Assembly (NCBI GenBank): GCA_020051695.1
Contig: JAGVQM010000019.1
Location: 15,221 to 79,220, forward strand
From: Candidatus Zixiibacteriota bacterium
Lineage (GTDB): Bacteria; Zixibacteria; MSB-5A5; WJJR01; JAJRUJ01
DNA length: 64,000 nt
Direction of reading: 5' to 3'
The notes under the pieces are model-generated. The model was not told the DNA's origin. It did not search any database and saw nothing but the letters and a program-made list of their open reading frames with translations. Position 1 is the first letter of the stretch. Every line of letters starts with the position of its first letter. Shown piece by piece: positions 8,465-19,195 of the stretch. The position numbers and the translations under genes were made by a program.

Positions 8465-10177
8465 TCACATTTGTTCGGGCGCGGCCAGGCCCAGGAGGTA
8501 CAAGCCATCCCGCAAGACTTCGCGAATTGCAGCCGAAAGCAGCATCCGTGCCCGCGTCAGGGACTCATCATCGGTCATAATCCGCACCCGGTGATAATAG
8601 CTGCTGTACAGATCGACCAGTTCGATCAAATATGCAGCCAGCGTCATCGGCTCACAGGTCTCGGCCACCGTTTGCACCATCCGGGGATATTCATGCAGCA
8701 GTAACGCCAATCGTGTTTCCTCCGGGTCGGCCAGGACTGCGCAATCGATATCGGTTTCTACCGGCCTGCCATACTTGCGCAGCAAAGAACACAGCCGCGC
8801 GTGATTGTATTGCAGGAACGGCCCGGTGTGGCCGTCAAAGTTGAGCACGTCCTCAAAACTGAAAACGATATCCTTGTTGCGCCGCACGGCAATCTGCGAA
8901 AAAACCACGGCGCCTGTGCCGACTTGTTCGGCAACTTCATCGACGTTCGGCAACTCGGGATTTTTCTCGGCGATAATATCTTTCGTGCGCTGCACGGCCT
9001 GTTCAATGACATCGTCGAGGAACACGACCGTCCCTTTGCGCGTGGACATGATTTCCGTGCCGAATTTCACCCAGCCAAACTCGATATGTTCCATGTGGTC
9101 GGCCCACGCATACCCCATCTTTTTCAACGCGGCAAACAACTGGCGAAAATACAGGGCCTGGGCCGAGCCGACGATGTACAACGCCCGGCTGAAATGATAC
9201 GTCTTGTACCGGTACTCGGCGGCCGCCAGATCGCGCGTGGCATATAGCGAGGCATCATCGGCTTTGCGCACGACAAATGCCGGGAGCTGCGGGTCATCGA
9301 ATTCCATGACCAGCGCATTTTCCGATTCATGGGCCAGGCCCGTCTCCTGCAGCCGTTTGATCAACGGCCCGAGATGCTCGTTATAGAAGGCCTCGCCGGC
9401 GTACGAGTCAAAGCCCACCCCCAGGCGCGCGTAAATGCGGTTGAATTCCTGTAACGACAGGTCGCGGAACCGCTGCCATAATGCGCGGTTGTCCGGGTCG
9501 CCGTCCTCGAGTTTTTTGAATTCGGCGCGGCCGTGTTCTTCCAGTTCCGGATTGTACTTGGCCTCTTCGTGAACCCGGACATATAAATCATACAGGGCAC
9601 GGATCGGCTGGACGGACAGTTGTTCTTCCGAACCCCATTGCCGGAAGGCGTAAATCAATTTGCCGAACTGTGTGCCCCAATCGCCGAGGTGGTTGATTGC
9701 CACGGGCTTGTAACTCAATTTTTCCAGCACGCGATACAGGCTGTTGCCGATCACGGTCGAACGCAGGTGCCCGACCCCGAACGGCTTGGCGATATTGGGG
9801 TGCGAATAATCCATCACGACGACTTGGCCCATGCCCTCGTCGGCAGCCGCATAACGGTCCCGCATGTGGACGATCTTTGGTAGCACTTCGGCAGCGATGA
9901 TCCCCGGTTGTTCCCAGAAATTCAGAAAACCGCCGACCGCTTCGATCTTTTGGACCGTCGCCGGACAACTAATCGTATCCGCGACTTTCCCGGCGACCAC
10001 CGGCGGCGGCTGGCACAATGTTTTGGTGAAGCCGAACAGGGGAACGGCAAACTGGCCAAAACCCGGCTTGGCCGGCAATTGCATCAGCCGTTTGATTTCC
10101 TCGGCCGATGTTTCCACACCCAGGCGGCCCAGCGCCTCAGCAGTCGAACGGGCAATATCGGCGAAAATATCAGTCAT
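8465..10177 (-). CDS. argS: Arginine--tRNA ligase
   Basis: 570 aa. HPNIAKPFGVGHLRSTVIGNSL class I signature region, typical ArgRS length and C-terminal anticodon-binding region ending in M. Confidence 0.95.
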   Translation of the reverse strand: MTDIFADIARSTAEALGRLGVETSAEEIKRLMQLPAKPGFGQFAVPLFGFTKTLCQPPPVVAGKVADTISCPATVQKIEAVGGFLNFWEQPGIIAAEVLPKIVHMRDRYAAADEGMGQVVVMDYSHPNIAKPFGVGHLRSTVIGNSLYRVLEKLSYKPVAINHLGDWGTQFGKLIYAFRQWGSEEQLSVQPIRALYDLYVRVHEEAKYNPELEEHGRAEFKKLEDGDPDNRALWQRFRDLSLQEFNRIYARLGVGFDSYAGEAFYNEHLGPLIKRLQETGLAHESENALVMEFDDPQLPAFVVRKADDASLYATRDLAAAEYRYKTYHFSRALYIVGSAQALYFRQLFAALKKMGYAWADHMEHIEFGWVKFGTEIMSTRKGTVVFLDDVIEQAVQRTKDIIAEKNPELPNVDEVAEQVGTGAVVFSQIAVRRNKDIVFSFEDVLNFDGHTGPFLQYNHARLCSLLRKYGRPVETDIDCAVLADPEETRLALLLHEYPRMVQTVAETCEPMTLAAYLIELVDLYSSYYHRVRIMTDDESLTRARMLLSAAIREVLRDGLYLLGLAAPEQM

Positions 10178-10319
10178 GACGATGCAATATATATGCGGGT
10201 TTTCAAGGAATACACTATTCTTTCATCCGTGGACCACCGGCACTGTCACGGATCTGCGTCAGACCAAAAAGCATGGGGCCGCAGGTTATTTTGATTCTGC
10301 CCCTGCTCCATGTTCCCGA

Positions 10320-10985
10320 TTATTTGGCTTTCCTGAGGTCGCGATTGACTTTGTATTCGGCTTCCCGGACTGCGGCCATGAATTCACGGACCAGGGCCGG
10401 TTCCTTACGCCCGGAACCACCCTCGACGGCGGATGAAACATTGATGCCGTATGGCCGGTGGGTGGCAATTAATTCGCCGACGTTCTCACTGGTCAAGCCG
10501 CCCGAAATGTAGATCCGCCCCCACGCTTCACCTTCGTTATCCGGCAGCCGGGTCCAGTCGAACGGCTCGCTGTCCTCCCCCGGAAGATTCTCGGTGGCGG
10601 GATCGAATATGTAATCATAACAGAAATTCCACGGCGGTTCCTCAGGCACATCGTCGTCGCCGATCGGGATGACCCTCATCAGCCGTATGCGGCGGGCAAG
10701 GTTATGCCAGCTGCTGCCTGGCGGCTCGCCGCAAATCTGCGCGCCGGTCAACCCGATCCGTCGTACGGCCTTTTCGGCCTCACTGGTACCGGCGTCACGG
10801 AACACGCCGATCTTGGCGGTCATCGGCGAAAGGACTTTGATAATCTCGACCACCCGTTGCGCCGCGACCGCCCGGGGTGACTGGGGCCAAAAAACAAAAC
10901 CCAGTGCGTCGGCCCCCTCCCGTTCAGCCATTTGTGCATCGACGATGTTGGTAATTCCACAAATCTTGACATGTACGCGATACAC
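10320..10985 (-). CDS. trpF: Phosphoribosylanthranilate isomerase
   Basis: VKICGITNIVDAQMAEREGADALGFVFWPQSPR is the TrpF N-terminal signature. I place the start at GTG 10985, preceded by AGGAGG with a 5 nt spacer, rather than the tracked ATG at 11051. Confidence 0.85.
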   Translation of the reverse strand: MYRVHVKICGITNIVDAQMAEREGADALGFVFWPQSPRAVAAQRVVEIIKVLSPMTAKIGVFRDAGTSEAEKAVRRIGLTGAQICGEPPGSSWHNLARRIRLMRVIPIGDDDVPEEPPWNFCYDYIFDPATENLPGEDSEPFDWTRLPDNEGEAWGRIYISGGLTSENVGELIATHRPYGINVSSAVEGGSGRKEPALVREFMAAVREAEYKVNRDLRKAK

Positions 10986-11105
10986 GGGGTCCTCCTGGTT
11001 GCGGCGATTGGCTCGACTGGTCTGGATATACGGATATTGGTTCCCCCCCACGGAGTCAAGTCATCTTTGCCCCGGCGCCGCTTTTTTGTGCATCCGGGGC
11101 GCGGC

Positions 11106-12449
11106 TCAGGAGCCGGCCAGACGCCCGACCGGGACGCCCTCCCCGCCACCCGCCCGCAGGTCTTCATTGCGGAAAAACCAGAAGTACAATATTGCCGCCA
11201 AAAGATATAACCCGCCGGCCACCAGCAACGGCTCGGTATAGCCAATGTGTTCAATTAATGCCCCGCCCACCCAGGTGGCCAGCGCCCAGGATGAAGTCCA
11301 GGCCAGCATCGCCAGCCCGTTGGCCACCGCCCGATCGGATTCCCCCACGCGTTCCATCAGATAATTGTTGGCGATGGGGACACCCATATTCATCAAGGCC
11401 CCGCGCATGATAAAAGCCCCCACGGCCAGATGCAGGTTATGGGAAAACGCCAGCACAACCATAAATGGCAGCGAGGCCGCTTCCGTGTACACGACCATGC
11501 GGATCATACCCCATTTTCGCGCCAGATACGGCCCGATCAATACCCCGACCAGCATTGAAGTTTGCACCAGGCCGTAATAGAAGCCGATAGCCAGCGGTTC
11601 CATGCCGAACCGGTCGCGGAAATACAGGTTCAAAAACGGGATAATCAGCCCCGCCCCCACACCGATCACAAAAAAGGGAAAGGTCAGTTTGAACAGCAAT
11701 GGGGCCTTGTTCCGGGCGCGTTGGATCAGCGTGGCGGCAGTTTGGGAACGGTCAACGATCACCCCCGAGGGAATACTCAGATACACGACCGCGCCGATGA
11801 ATGTCGACAGCGCACCGCCGATCAGCAACGCCCGATACGCCAAAACCACCGAACCCAGAAGCTCGACCGCCACGCGGTGCAGCCAACCCCCGCCAAAATA
11901 CGCAAATAACCCGGCGCCCAGCATTGCAGCAAACTGCAGGGAAAACACGTGCGCGCGTTCTGTCGAGGTCGTATAACGCATAAAAAACGGGCCGCCCACG
12001 ACGCGGGGGATCGCCGCAGCCATCCCGACACCGACAGACGCCGCTACCATCAGCGCGGGCAGATGTACCACCGTCAGCAGAAAATAGCAGCCGGCAGCCA
12101 GCGCCGTTGACAGGACCACCAGCCACCGCGCCGAAAAACGCGCAATCAACGTCGCGGCGGGGATGGTCATAACAATCGTACCCACGGATTGCATCGACCA
12201 TAACCGGCCGATGAACGACTCGGAATGGCCGAGTTCGCGCATGTACAGGTTCAACAGCAGCATAAAGACTGCCCACCCCATCCCCAGGAAAAACGTGCCC
12301 CAGAGAAACCGCCGGGCGGCCGGATGAATGTGCACAAACGGCGAGATAAATCCCCGGAGTCCCCCTGGTGCTGCATGCTCATAATCCAGGCGGGGACTAT
12401 CGTCAATCACCGTTGGTGACGAGGAAGACTTATCATGCGGAATGTTCAA
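11106..12449 (-). CDS. MFS-type transporter
   Basis: 447 aa, about 12 hydrophobic segments in a 6+6 arrangement with a central loop. Substrate unknown. Confidence 0.7.
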   Translation of the reverse strand: MNIPHDKSSSSPTVIDDSPRLDYEHAAPGGLRGFISPFVHIHPAARRFLWGTFFLGMGWAVFMLLLNLYMRELGHSESFIGRLWSMQSVGTIVMTIPAATLIARFSARWLVVLSTALAAGCYFLLTVVHLPALMVAASVGVGMAAAIPRVVGGPFFMRYTTSTERAHVFSLQFAAMLGAGLFAYFGGGWLHRVAVELLGSVVLAYRALLIGGALSTFIGAVVYLSIPSGVIVDRSQTAATLIQRARNKAPLLFKLTFPFFVIGVGAGLIIPFLNLYFRDRFGMEPLAIGFYYGLVQTSMLVGVLIGPYLARKWGMIRMVVYTEAASLPFMVVLAFSHNLHLAVGAFIMRGALMNMGVPIANNYLMERVGESDRAVANGLAMLAWTSSWALATWVGGALIEHIGYTEPLLVAGGLYLLAAILYFWFFRNEDLRAGGGEGVPVGRLAGS

Positions 12450-12520
12450 GGGGTACTCTAATCGTCATCTACAGGCATCTGCAATCCTGTATATCGGCTA
12501 TTGACAGTCAGCGGGCGCTA

Positions 12521-13327
12521 TTATTCAAGATTGATTTCACCCGAGTAGATGTTGACCGCCGGGCCGGTCAAATACAGCCGATCGGCACGCGGATGATAAT
12601 CGACCCTTAGTTTGCCCCCCGGCACAAGGAGGTCCACGGAGTTGCCGACCAGGTCTTCGCGCATGGCACACAAAGCGGAGGCCACCGCGCCGCTGCCGCA
12701 GGACAACGTGGGCCCCACGCCGCGTTCGACAAACCGCACTTCGACGGTCCGGCGGTCGACGACCCGGACAAAATCAACGTTGGCCCCGCACGGAAAGATC
12801 GATTCGTTTTGCACACGAGATGCCGCGGCGACCCAGTCGAAATCAAAATCCTGCACCAGCACCACCAGGTGCGGATTACCCGCGGCGATGGCGGTCACCG
12901 GTTGTCTGGTCCGGCCCCACTTCAGCGCTGGAAGTGAGAGTGCCTGATACTGAGGAAAACCGAGATCGACCTGCACCATGGCCACCGGCCCATTGCGCCT
13001 GATGACCCGCGTGATGGCCGGTCCGGCGGGCGGCAGAAAAACGGTTTCCTCTGTACCCTGGGAAACCAGCAAAGCGGCGCAACGCAGCCCATTGAGGCAG
13101 GTTTCCGCCGGGGAACCATCGGCATTGAAAATCCGGAATTCATGGGTACCGTGCCGGTTGGGCGTATGCAGCACGATCAGCCCGTCTGCCCCGACACCCA
13201 GGTGCCGGTCACAGATCAGCCAAGCCCGTTTTCCGGTCCAGAACCGTTGCGGCGCGGCCGATTTTTCCCGAACCAGGATGAAATCGTTGCCCGTTGCCTG
13301 CATTTTGGTGAAACTGACTTTTTTCAT
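12521..13327 (-). CDS. dapF: Diaminopimelate epimerase
   Basis: FTKMQATGNDFILV N-terminal motif and LSCGSGAVAS second catalytic-Cys motif. 268 aa. Confidence 0.9.
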   Translation of the reverse strand: MKKVSFTKMQATGNDFILVREKSAAPQRFWTGKRAWLICDRHLGVGADGLIVLHTPNRHGTHEFRIFNADGSPAETCLNGLRCAALLVSQGTEETVFLPPAGPAITRVIRRNGPVAMVQVDLGFPQYQALSLPALKWGRTRQPVTAIAAGNPHLVVLVQDFDFDWVAAASRVQNESIFPCGANVDFVRVVDRRTVEVRFVERGVGPTLSCGSGAVASALCAMREDLVGNSVDLLVPGGKLRVDYHPRADRLYLTGPAVNIYSGEINLE

Positions 13328-13552
13328 CTACCCATCCCTGTGGCTGTCCGCTGCGGTCCGACGGGGCCGGGCTCTCAACAAATCGCGGACCCTCTTGTCG
13401 CAAAAAACGAAATTCGTGCGGACCGGACAAGAACGATTATTCCCCTCGGGAAGGCACGACCGGCGCCCTGCAACGACCAGCATGCATCAGCCGGTTCCGG
13501 CGAACAGAAATACAACAGTAATAATGGCCCAAATTGGAGGATGCATGAATAA

Positions 13553-14788
13553 TTACATGTCGGCAAATACGCGGCCCAGACGCTTGATCCCCTCGCGAAT
13601 CATGGCGCAAGACGCGTTGGAAAAATTCAAGCGCATGGTATTTTCCATTATCCCCAGCGGATCGAAGGCCTTTCCAGGGACAAAGGCCACTTTTTCCTCG
13701 ATGGCCTTGAAGAACAACTCTTTTGCCTTGATCTGTTCCGGCAGTACAATCCATAAAAAAAGCCCGCCTTCGGGCCTGGTCCACCGCACGGTATCGGGGA
13801 AAAACTCAGCCATCGTCGCCAGCATCGTATCCCGCTGTTCCCGGTAGTTGACAATCAGCGTGGCGATGTGGGGGTCCAGCGCCCCGCCGGCAACATATTC
13901 ATGAACCAGATACTGGGCGAATTGATTGGTGTGCAGGTCGGTCGATTGTTTGACCCGCTCAAAAACGTCGGTGACTTCTTTGGCCGCCACCGTCCAGCCG
14001 ATCCTGAGTCCCGGGGAAATAATCTTGGAAAAAGTGCCCAGTTGAATGACAATATCACCACCCAGCCGTTTCAGCGAGGGCTGGTCGGTACCGGAATAGC
14101 GGAGCTCCCCGTACGGATTGTCGTCGATAATCGGCAGTCTGTATTTATAGGCCAGCTCAATCAGTTTATGCCGCCGTGGTTCGCTGAGGGTCACTCCGGC
14201 CGGGTTTTGGAAATTGGGCACGACATAGATAAAGGCGGGATTGTACTTTTTAATCTGGGCTTCTGCTTCATCGACTTTCATGCCCTCGTCGTCGATCTCG
14301 ACTGTAGCGTACCTGGCCCGATAGAAATTGAAGGCCTGGAGTGCGCCGACATAGGTCGGGCGGCAGCACAAGACATATCGTCCCGGTTCGAGGAACGAAC
14401 GCCCCACAATGTCTAACCCCTGCTGCGAGCCGCCGGTGACGATAATATTGTCGGCAGTGATGCCCTCGCCGCCGCGAATGCCGGCCCGGTCGGCAAGGAA
14501 CTCGCGCAACGGGCCGTACCCCCGCGAAAGACCGTATTGCAGTGCCAGTGTCCCGTATTGCACAAGTACCCGGTCGGCAACGGCCTTTAATTCCTCAATG
14601 GGGAACGACTCGGGCGCCGGCAGTCCCCCGGCAAAGGAAATTACTCCCGGTTGAGAAGAGTATTTCAAAATGTCACGAATAACTGAGCTTTCCAGCTCAT
14701 ACGCTGCAGGAGAGAAATAGCTTTTATCGAACGTGAAAGTCTTCGGCATCCCGGATGTTTCTGTTTTACCCATCCCCGATTCCATCAC
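13553..14788 (-). CDS. PLP-dependent aminotransferase, class I/II (LysN / aromatic aminotransferase-like)
   Basis: ISFAGGLPAPESFP motif, NPAG, and SFSKIISPGLRIGW carrying the PLP lysine. 411 aa. Confidence 0.85.
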   Translation of the reverse strand: MMESGMGKTETSGMPKTFTFDKSYFSPAAYELESSVIRDILKYSSQPGVISFAGGLPAPESFPIEELKAVADRVLVQYGTLALQYGLSRGYGPLREFLADRAGIRGGEGITADNIIVTGGSQQGLDIVGRSFLEPGRYVLCCRPTYVGALQAFNFYRARYATVEIDDEGMKVDEAEAQIKKYNPAFIYVVPNFQNPAGVTLSEPRRHKLIELAYKYRLPIIDDNPYGELRYSGTDQPSLKRLGGDIVIQLGTFSKIISPGLRIGWTVAAKEVTDVFERVKQSTDLHTNQFAQYLVHEYVAGGALDPHIATLIVNYREQRDTMLATMAEFFPDTVRWTRPEGGLFLWIVLPEQIKAKELFFKAIEEKVAFVPGKAFDPLGIMENTMRLNFSNASCAMIREGIKRLGRVFADM

Positions 14789-14914
14789 GTATAAAAAACC
14801 CCAAAAAACCTAAAAAGTCAAGTGGATTCACACGAACTCATATTCATTCTCCCTAATATGATACTCCTGTCACAGGCCGTTGTTGTACACCGGCTTGGTG
14901 GTTTTTGTCAACTC

Positions 14915-17275
14915 CTACCACCAGGACCAGAATTCGACACGGAAAAAATAAACGACACGACGCAAAACCAGTTTAATCAGCGGTCGGTCACCGCAATAAA
15001 TCTTGGCCTGTCCGGTCATGCCGGGGAATAAGCGGCCGTCAAGATTAGGGACCATGGTAATGACGTCGTACGTACTCTTCTCGCCGACAGCATATGGCGC
15101 AATCGCCAGTTTGTTGACCCGGCCTTCAAACATCTCCAACGGATAGGAACGCACCTTTAATTTAACCGGTGCGCCGATAACTACTTCACCGATATCATCC
15201 TCGGACGTTGGGATAATGACCCGCATGGTGTCGGTCCGTGCCAGTTCGAAAATAGTCTCGCCGGTGCGCGCGCGGGTCACCCGGCCGGAAAACGGCGCGT
15301 GGAAGACCGACGCCGCAATCTGCGAACGATAATAATCGACCACGGCGGCCAGCTCGGCGATTTCGGCTTCCTTGATGGCGATTTCCTCGATCTTGGGCGC
15401 GGAAATCAACAGGGACAATTCGCTTTGTTTGGCCTGTTTCGCCTGCCTGCCGACCGCTAGTTGCGTGCGGTACAGTTCAAATTCGCCATCAGAGATCAGA
15501 TTTCGTTCGTGCAGCCCTCGGGCGCGTTCGTGCTCGGCCTCGGCGTTTTCCAGCCGCGCCTCGACCTGGGCCAGCTCGGCCCGGAGCTGACGGACCTGCT
15601 CCTCCTTGGGACCGGAAAACAATAAATTCAGTTCGGCCTGCGCACGGCGCGACCGTGCCTCCATTGCCGCCAACTGGCTGGTATAACGATTACAGGAAAT
15701 GACCAGGACCGTATCACCGGCGGAGACCTGCTCACCCTCCACAAAACGCGGAGTGATCGCAATCGCCGAAAATTCCGCCGCAGTCAACTGCAGCGAGCTG
15801 CGTTCGCGGATCTCGCGCAGCCCGGCCTGGACCAACTCCGTTTCAACAATGCCGGCCTCGGGGTTAAAAATCCGATATACCGATGCCGGCTCGACACGGC
15901 AGACCGAACCGACCTTGCGCTCGGCCTGGATGAAAAAGGACGCCAGCAGCACAAGCAGGACGGCGCCCCAGAAAATGTACGGGCGCCTGGAGCGCGGCGA
16001 TTCGGGTTTTGAATCTGCCGGGGATTGGGCCGGGATCGGGGGCCCCTCTTTTTTTGTTCCCGAACTTGCGGGTTGCTCCTCGCCGCTTTTCATGTCTTTC
16101 TCCTTCCACAACGGCCGGGCCAGCATGATGCCGATAGCCCCCCATAAGACCAGCGGCCCTGCTGCGCCGAACCGGTCCGCCAAAAACGCGGTCACATGGT
16201 ACCCGACAAAACCCAGCAAAAATACCGAATACGTGAGGGCAATCAGCCCATACCAGAAAAATACCCGGCCATGTTTGTCGTCGGAGTGCACGAGACGACG
16301 GCCACATGTCCATTCGCTTACCCGCCGCTTGAGATGGCCGAACGCGCGCGCCCGCAGGTTCGGCAAATCCAGCAGATCGGCCAGCAGGTAATAGCCGTCA
16401 AGTTTGATCAATGGATTGAGATTGAACAACACGACGGCCAGCGAAACCGCGGCGACCAGAAAGGCAAAGTGATTGATCACGGTGCCCAATGCGGTGATCC
16501 GCCAGATGAAAACCGCAAGGGCAGTGGCGACCATCTGCACAAACAGCCCGGCGAGCATGACGTTCGCCTTGTGCCGTTTTTTGGGCAATAAGTAGGCGTC
16601 CGACATGTTGCAATACACGCAGGGCTGAAAATATAACAGCAAAAAGCCCATCTCGGTCACTTGTCCGCCATAATGTTTCAGGGCCACAGCGTGCCCGAAC
16701 TCATGAACAGCAGCCAGCACGAAAATAGCCGCCAGAATACCGATAATCGAGCCGAGCCGAAAAACATCCGCAAACCGCATGAAAAAAGTGCCGCTGTTGG
16801 CGCCGGCGACCGCCAGGGATAACCCGATCAACGCCACCGCCGAGATAAAAGACTCCGGAGTGAACATCCAGCGGACCCGGCGTTCGATTCCGGCCACCAA
16901 TCGATCGGGATTCAAGGCCGCGATCCGCCACATCAACAGCCGGCCCCACAATGAGCGCCCCGGCCGGTCGTGCCGCCTGCTCCGGGAAATGGCGGCCTCG
17001 GCGTACACCCCCTCGAACAGGCACAACCGCTGCATTTTGTGAAAAAACGCCAGGGCTGCGCCGGGGGGCAACTGCGCGTTAAATTTGGTGGAAAAAGCTG
17101 CTTCGGCGCCCTCGACCGTCGTCATACCGTCCATGCGTGTGATCAGGAAATATTCCGGTTCCCGCAATTTGAAAAAACGTCCCGTTGCGGGATCTTTGAT
17201 GATATAAACGGTCTGCCCGCCGGCATCCTGGGGGCTGGCGATAATATCGGGCCGCAACTTGAAATATTCGGGCAT
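14915..17275 (-). CDS. Fusion protein: M50 (site-2 protease-like) metalloprotease membrane domain + HlyD-type periplasmic adaptor
   Basis: 786 aa. HEFGH (HExxH) lies in a TM segment, with several flanking TMs. The C-terminal half has long coiled-coil stretches (AQAELNLL..., LAQVEARLENAEAEHERA) and beta-barrel-like segments typical of HlyD/MFP adaptors. Confidence 0.7.
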   Translation of the reverse strand: MPEYFKLRPDIIASPQDAGGQTVYIIKDPATGRFFKLREPEYFLITRMDGMTTVEGAEAAFSTKFNAQLPPGAALAFFHKMQRLCLFEGVYAEAAISRSRRHDRPGRSLWGRLLMWRIAALNPDRLVAGIERRVRWMFTPESFISAVALIGLSLAVAGANSGTFFMRFADVFRLGSIIGILAAIFVLAAVHEFGHAVALKHYGGQVTEMGFLLLYFQPCVYCNMSDAYLLPKKRHKANVMLAGLFVQMVATALAVFIWRITALGTVINHFAFLVAAVSLAVVLFNLNPLIKLDGYYLLADLLDLPNLRARAFGHLKRRVSEWTCGRRLVHSDDKHGRVFFWYGLIALTYSVFLLGFVGYHVTAFLADRFGAAGPLVLWGAIGIMLARPLWKEKDMKSGEEQPASSGTKKEGPPIPAQSPADSKPESPRSRRPYIFWGAVLLVLLASFFIQAERKVGSVCRVEPASVYRIFNPEAGIVETELVQAGLREIRERSSLQLTAAEFSAIAITPRFVEGEQVSAGDTVLVISCNRYTSQLAAMEARSRRAQAELNLLFSGPKEEQVRQLRAELAQVEARLENAEAEHERARGLHERNLISDGEFELYRTQLAVGRQAKQAKQSELSLLISAPKIEEIAIKEAEIAELAAVVDYYRSQIAASVFHAPFSGRVTRARTGETIFELARTDTMRVIIPTSEDDIGEVVIGAPVKLKVRSYPLEMFEGRVNKLAIAPYAVGEKSTYDVITMVPNLDGRLFPGMTGQAKIYCGDRPLIKLVLRRVVYFFRVEFWSWW

Positions 17276-17361
17276 CCCTGCTCCGCGGCTAAACCGTTAA
17301 TCGTAACGGCAAATTATCCGTAATCTGCCGTCCGGGCAAGGATTATCTGGACTTCCGGGGC

Positions 17362-17390
17362 TTGACCCGGCCGCCCGAACGAAGTTAATT
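17362..17390 (+). promoter_or_regulatory. Candidate sigma70-type promoter for the UDP-sugar dehydrogenase gene
   Basis: TTGACC, 17 nt spacer, TTAATT, lying 24 nt upstream of the start region. Sequence match only. Confidence 0.3.
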
Positions 17391-17413
17391 CATTCAACGA
17401 CATCACAGGAGGA

Positions 17414-18709
17414 TTGGTGAAGCTTGCAGTAATTGGTCTGGGGCATACCGGCCTGGTGGTGGCGGCGGTACTCGCCGAGATCGGGCATCAGGTACACGGC
17501 TTTGATATTGAAAGCGGCAAACGGTCGCGGATCAGCCGGGGCCACAGCCCCTTCTATGAACCGGATCTGGATTCGTTGATCGCCCGGGGGTTGGCCACGG
17601 GGCGATTGGTGATCAGCAGGACGCTGGATGAAGCGCAGGCGGACGCCGAGGTCGTCTTTCTGGCGGTCGGGACACCGGCGGCCAATGGTGATGCGCCGAA
17701 CCTGGCCGAATTCTGGTCGGCGGCGGGGCAGGTGGTGCCGCTGCTGCTGCCGCATGCGGTCCTGGCGATTAAAAGTACCCTGCCGGTCGGCACCACCGAT
17801 GAACTCATCGCGCGTTTCAAAGCGCAGTGGCCGGACGCCCCGCCGGTGGTCAATGTCCCGGAGTTTTTGCGTCAGGGGACGGCGGTTGCGGATTTTCTCC
17901 GGCCGGAGCGGGTAATTTTCGGTTCCCATTCACCGGCGGCGCTCAATGTCATGCGCGTAGTATATGAACCATTCAAATTGTCATCGGAGACCATTCACGA
18001 ATGCCGTCCGGTGGAGGCCGAGTTGATCAAACACGCGGCCAACTGCTTTCTGGCCGCCCGGATTTCCTATGCCAATGAATTGGCCAACCTGTGCGGCCGA
18101 CTGGGCGCAGATTATGAAATCGTGCGCCACGGCCTGGCCGCCGACTCGCGCATCGGTTCAAGTTTTCTCAACGCCGGGCTCGGTTTCGGCGGCTCGTGTT
18201 TTCCCAAGGACCTTGCGGCGTTGATTAAGACTGCCCGGGATGCCGGCAGCCCGTTCACTCTGCTGGAAGCGACATTGGCCGCCAATCGCGCGCAGGTGCA
18301 TCGTGTCGTGGCACTGGCCGACGAGATGGTGGGCGGGTTGTCGGGCAGGAAAGTCCTGCAATTGGGTTTGACTTATAAAGCGGGTACCGACGATACCCGT
18401 GGTTCGCGGGCCCTCGAACTGGCGTTCCTATTGATTCGGGAAGGCGCGGAATTGACCTGTCACGACCCGGCCTATATCCCGACCGAGGTCGGTTCGGATC
18501 AATTATTTACGATTGCCGACGATCCGGTTTCCGCCGCCTCAAGAATGGACCTGGTCCTTATTGCCACCGACTGGCCGGAGTTCATCGATTTACCCTGGTC
18601 GAAAATTGTGGGCAGCATGCGTTCGGCGAGACTCCTTGATGGGCGGAACCTGCTTGATCCCACCGAAATGACCGCCGCCGGTTTTACATACCGGGGCATT
18701 GGGCGGTAA
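17414..18709 (+). CDS. ugd: UDP-glucose/GDP-mannose dehydrogenase family protein (likely UDP-glucose 6-dehydrogenase)
   Basis: N-terminal VIGLGHTGLVVAAVLAEIGHQV Rossmann motif and catalytic GFGGSCFPKD. AGGAGG at 17407-17412. The start may be TTG 17414 or GTG 17417. Confidence 0.85.
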   Translation: MVKLAVIGLGHTGLVVAAVLAEIGHQVHGFDIESGKRSRISRGHSPFYEPDLDSLIARGLATGRLVISRTLDEAQADAEVVFLAVGTPAANGDAPNLAEFWSAAGQVVPLLLPHAVLAIKSTLPVGTTDELIARFKAQWPDAPPVVNVPEFLRQGTAVADFLRPERVIFGSHSPAALNVMRVVYEPFKLSSETIHECRPVEAELIKHAANCFLAARISYANELANLCGRLGADYEIVRHGLAADSRIGSSFLNAGLGFGGSCFPKDLAALIKTARDAGSPFTLLEATLAANRAQVHRVVALADEMVGGLSGRKVLQLGLTYKAGTDDTRGSRALELAFLLIREGAELTCHDPAYIPTEVGSDQLFTIADDPVSAASRMDLVLIATDWPEFIDLPWSKIVGSMRSARLLDGRNLLDPTEMTAAGFTYRGIGR

Positions 18710-18814
18710 AGACTTCTTATTCTTGCTGCGCTACAATGAAACCACGCGGCAACCCACCGCGATCGGCTTGTGGATACACAGCTTTTTGATGCGCATTGCC
18801 ACCGAGATCACAGT

Positions 18815-19111
18815 CTACAATTCATTGGCCAGCTCCACGATCCGTTTGTAGGGAATCGCCGTCCAGCTTTCGGCCTGCAGCGCGCCATTGGCCCGGCTGA
18901 TCATCGAGACTTTGGCCGCGATTTCCTCATCGGGCGCCTCATAAATATCCAAAAAATCATAAGGCCCCAACAGCCCGTAATGGGCCAGGAATTTGACCTC
19001 CGGGCATTTTTTCTTGACCTGCTTGAGCCACGCCCGGCCCAGCGACGACCGGCTTTTCACTTGCCGGGTCACTTCGGGCGAAAGCTTGGTCATGAGAATG
19101 AAGGTTTTCAT
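18815..19111 (-). CDS. GYD domain protein
   Basis: 98 aa. ...AHYGLLGPYDFLDIYEAPDEE... matches the small GYD-family layout as I recall it. Confidence 0.65.
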   Translation of the reverse strand: MKTFILMTKLSPEVTRQVKSRSSLGRAWLKQVKKKCPEVKFLAHYGLLGPYDFLDIYEAPDEEIAAKVSMISRANGALQAESWTAIPYKRIVELANEL

Positions 19112-19195
19112 TAGAATCTCCTGCTCTTTGATACGGATGGTCTATTCAAAAACTATTCTCTTCTCCCCCCTGATTAATAAGGAGCGAGCAAAAGG

